Assembly (NCBI GenBank): GCA_041946965.1
Contig: JBHGBM010000017.1
Coordinates: 8,534 to 72,533 of the forward strand
Origin: Bryobacteraceae bacterium
GTDB lineage: Bacteria; Acidobacteriota; Terriglobia; Bryobacterales; Bryobacteraceae
DNA length: 64,000 nucleotides
Reading direction: 5' to 3'
The stretch's first letter is position 1, and each line of letters starts with the position of its first letter. Position numbers and translations under genes: made by a program. Under the pieces are notes generated by a model. That model searched no databases. It was not told where the DNA came from and saw nothing but the letters and a program-made list of their open reading frames with translations. Shown here piece by piece: positions 62,478 through 64,000 of this stretch.

Positions 62478-64000
62478 TTGGTTCCGCTTCCCATAGACCC
62501 GTTCGTGCCGGAGATTGCGGCCCGCCTGCGGCGCGAGCCGAACCTCGTCATCGAAGCGCCGCCCGGCGCAGGCAAAACCACGCGTGTGCCGCCCGCGCTG
62601 CTCGGGCTCGGCGGCGAAGTGCTGGTGCTGGAGCCGCGCCGGCTGGCCGCGAGGCTGGCGGCCCGGCGTGTGGCGTTCGAACTGGGGGAACGCCTCGGCG
62701 AAACCGTGGGTTACCAGGTGCGCTTCGAGGAAGCGGCGGGGCCGCGCACGCGGCTGCGCTTTCTGACCGAGGGCGTGCTCACGCGGCGCCTGCTCTCCGA
62801 CCCCGAGCTGCGCGGCGTACGCGCGGTGGTCCTGGACGAATTTCACGAGCGGCGCCTGGAAGGCGATCTCGCCCTGGCGCTGCTGCGCCGGTTGCAGCGC
62901 ACCGCGCGGCGGGACCTGCGCCTGGCGGCCATGTCCGCCACGCTCGAAGCGGAACGCGCCGCGCGTTACCTGGAGTGCGGCATGGTGCGCTCGGAGGGGC
63001 GGCTCTACGAGCTGAACATTGAGTACACCCCCTACTCCGCCGAGCCGCTCGAACGGCAGGTGGCGGCGGCGCTGGAACGTATCGGCCCGGGCGGCGGGCA
63101 CGTGCTCGTGTTCCTTCCCGGGGCGGCGGAAATCCGGCGCGCGATGGCTGCGTGCGGACCCGCGGCGCGGCGGCTCGGGCTTACGCCGCTGCCGCTCCAC
63201 GGCGATCAATCCCCCGAGGACCAGGAGCGCGCGGTGGCGCCCTCGGCCGAACGCAAGCTGATCCTCTCCACCAACGTCGCCGAAAGCTCCGTCACCATCG
63301 AGGGCGTCACGGCGGTGATCGATAGCGGCCTGGCGCGCGTTCCGAGCTACTCTCCGTGGTCCGGCCTGCCCACGCTGCAAGTGGCGCGCGTGAGCCAGGC
63401 CTCCTGCAACCAGCGCGCGGGACGCGCGGGGCGCACCGGGCCGGGGCGCGTGATCCGGCTCTACACGCTCGACGATTTCGTCCGGCGGCCCGCGCACGAC
63501 ACGCCCGAGATCCTGCGCGCGGACCTCGCGCCCGCCGCGCTGCAATTGCTCGCCATGGGCGTGACGCCGGCCGAGCTTCCCTGGCTGGATGCGCCGCCCG
63601 AAGCCGCTCTGGAAGCCGCCAGATCGCTCCTCGCCGCCATGGGCGCGACAGCCGGGAACAGCCTTACGGCCGTCGGGCGCGAGATGGCCCGCTATCCCCT
63701 GCACCCGCGCGTGGCCCGGTTGGTGGTGGAAGCGGCGCGCCACGGCGTGGGCCGGCGGGCCTGCGAGATCGCGGCGGTGTTGAGCGCGGGCGAGCGACTG
63801 CCCGCCGAACCGCGCCACGCGTCGCGCTCGGACCTGCTGGTGCTGGCGGAATCCGAGTGGCAGCCGCAGACGGCACAAGTGCTGCGGCAGATCGAGCGCA
63901 TGGCCGGCAGGCCGCGGCGCGGCGGAAGCGAGGACGATCTGCTGCTCTCCGTGCTGGCCGCGTTTCCCGACCGCGTGGCGCGGCGCCGGCCCAACGGCGA
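62478..64000 (+). CDS. hrpB: ATP-dependent RNA helicase HrpB (DEAH-box), N-terminal ~507 aa; 3' end off-window
   Basis: The frame with codon starts at positions divisible by 3 is open from at least 62400 to base 64000. It is absent from the supplied track because it has no stop in the window. It reads PIDPFVPEIAARL...VIEAPPGAGKTTRVP...LEPRRLAAR...VLDEFHERRLEGDLAL...MSATL...STNVAESSVTIEGV...QRAGRAGRTGPG. The start is uncertain (TTG 62478 or GTG 62463). Confidence 0.8.
   Translation, partial: MVPLPIDPFVPEIAARLRREPNLVIEAPPGAGKTTRVPPALLGLGGEVLVLEPRRLAARLAARRVAFELGERLGETVGYQVRFEEAAGPRTRLRFLTEGVLTRRLLSDPELRGVRAVVLDEFHERRLEGDLALALLRRLQRTARRDLRLAAMSATLEAERAARYLECGMVRSEGRLYELNIEYTPYSAEPLERQVAAALERIGPGGGHVLVFLPGAAEIRRAMAACGPAARRLGLTPLPLHGDQSPEDQERAVAPSAERKLILSTNVAESSVTIEGVTAVIDSGLARVPSYSPWSGLPTLQVARVSQASCNQRAGRAGRTGPGRVIRLYTLDDFVRRPAHDTPEILRADLAPAALQLLAMGVTPAELPWLDAPPEAALEAARSLLAAMGATAGNSLTAVGREMARYPLHPRVARLVVEAARHGVGRRACEIAAVLSAGERLPAEPRHASRSDLLVLAESEWQPQTAQVLRQIERMAGRPRRGGSEDDLLLSVLAAFPDRVARRRPNG

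Noticed and set aside
57324-63878. ORFs 57324..60221(-), 61009..62430(+), 62285..63022(+) and 62427..63878(-)
   Set aside because: They are antisense to, or out of frame with, the third TBDR, the Gfo/Idh/MocA oxidoreductase and hrpB.
1-64000. A CRISPR repeat-spacer array anywhere in the window, checked especially at 3580-3722, 10657-11045, 11570-12540, 27220-27548 and 46620-46744
   Set aside because: No 24-40 nt direct repeats separated by similar-sized unique spacers were seen. The only periodic repeats are the 6-9 bp TGCGGG iterons (730-963) and one tandem 12-mer, and neither has CRISPR geometry. This was a visual scan, not an algorithmic one.

Overview
High-GC (about 65% by eye) bacterial chromosomal segment. 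It is probably Acidobacteriota; this is inferred from three CarboxypepD_reg-type TonB-dependent receptors of about 1100-1200 aa and many Tat/Sec-exported glycan-active enzymes. The window has two parts. (A) Bases 1-11926 look like the right-hand end of an integrated mobile element whose left end lies off-window. It carries a primase-helicase-like C-terminus, a TGCGGG(TAT) iteron-like array, a small-terminase-like HTH gene, a composite palindrome, a dual operator, four small unknown genes, a four-gene CRISPR-less type I-G/I-U-like cas7(csb1)-cas5/6(csb2)-cas3-short cas8-like cassette, a frameshifted AbrB-type antitoxin gene and a DinJ-YafQ toxin-antitoxin pair. It ends at a tRNA-Thr(CGU)-like 3' half that I read as attR. 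I found no cas1/cas2/cas4 and no repeat-spacer array anywhere in the 64 kb, which makes this cassette the best candidate for an unusual system. (B) Bases 11927-64000 are chromosomal glycan and sulfated-glycoconjugate utilisation genes: TBDRs, GH2, GH30-like, GHL6/GH42-like, sulfatase, arylsulfotransferase, ceramidase-like, Tat-exported isomerase/amidohydrolase/DegT and a Gfo/Idh/MocA oxidoreductase. This part also contains a translationally coupled five-gene operon (anchored secreted protein, FtsX permease, ABC ATPase, giant PQQ-propeller-methyltransferase-malectin protein, methyltransferase-TonB receptor fusion). Further along are a DksA/TraR zinc-finger gene, an ADP-ribosylglycohydrolase, a compact PTS operon (decayed fruK, EIIA, Zn-ADH, ptsI, ptsH, GH30) with no EIIB/EIIC, an actin-like ATPase coupled to an amidase_2 protein, and a partial hrpB helicase that runs off the right edge and is absent from the supplied ORF track. 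Most long ORFs on the opposite strand or in alternative frames are high-GC shadow ORFs. All family assignments rest on motif recognition from memory; no searches were run.
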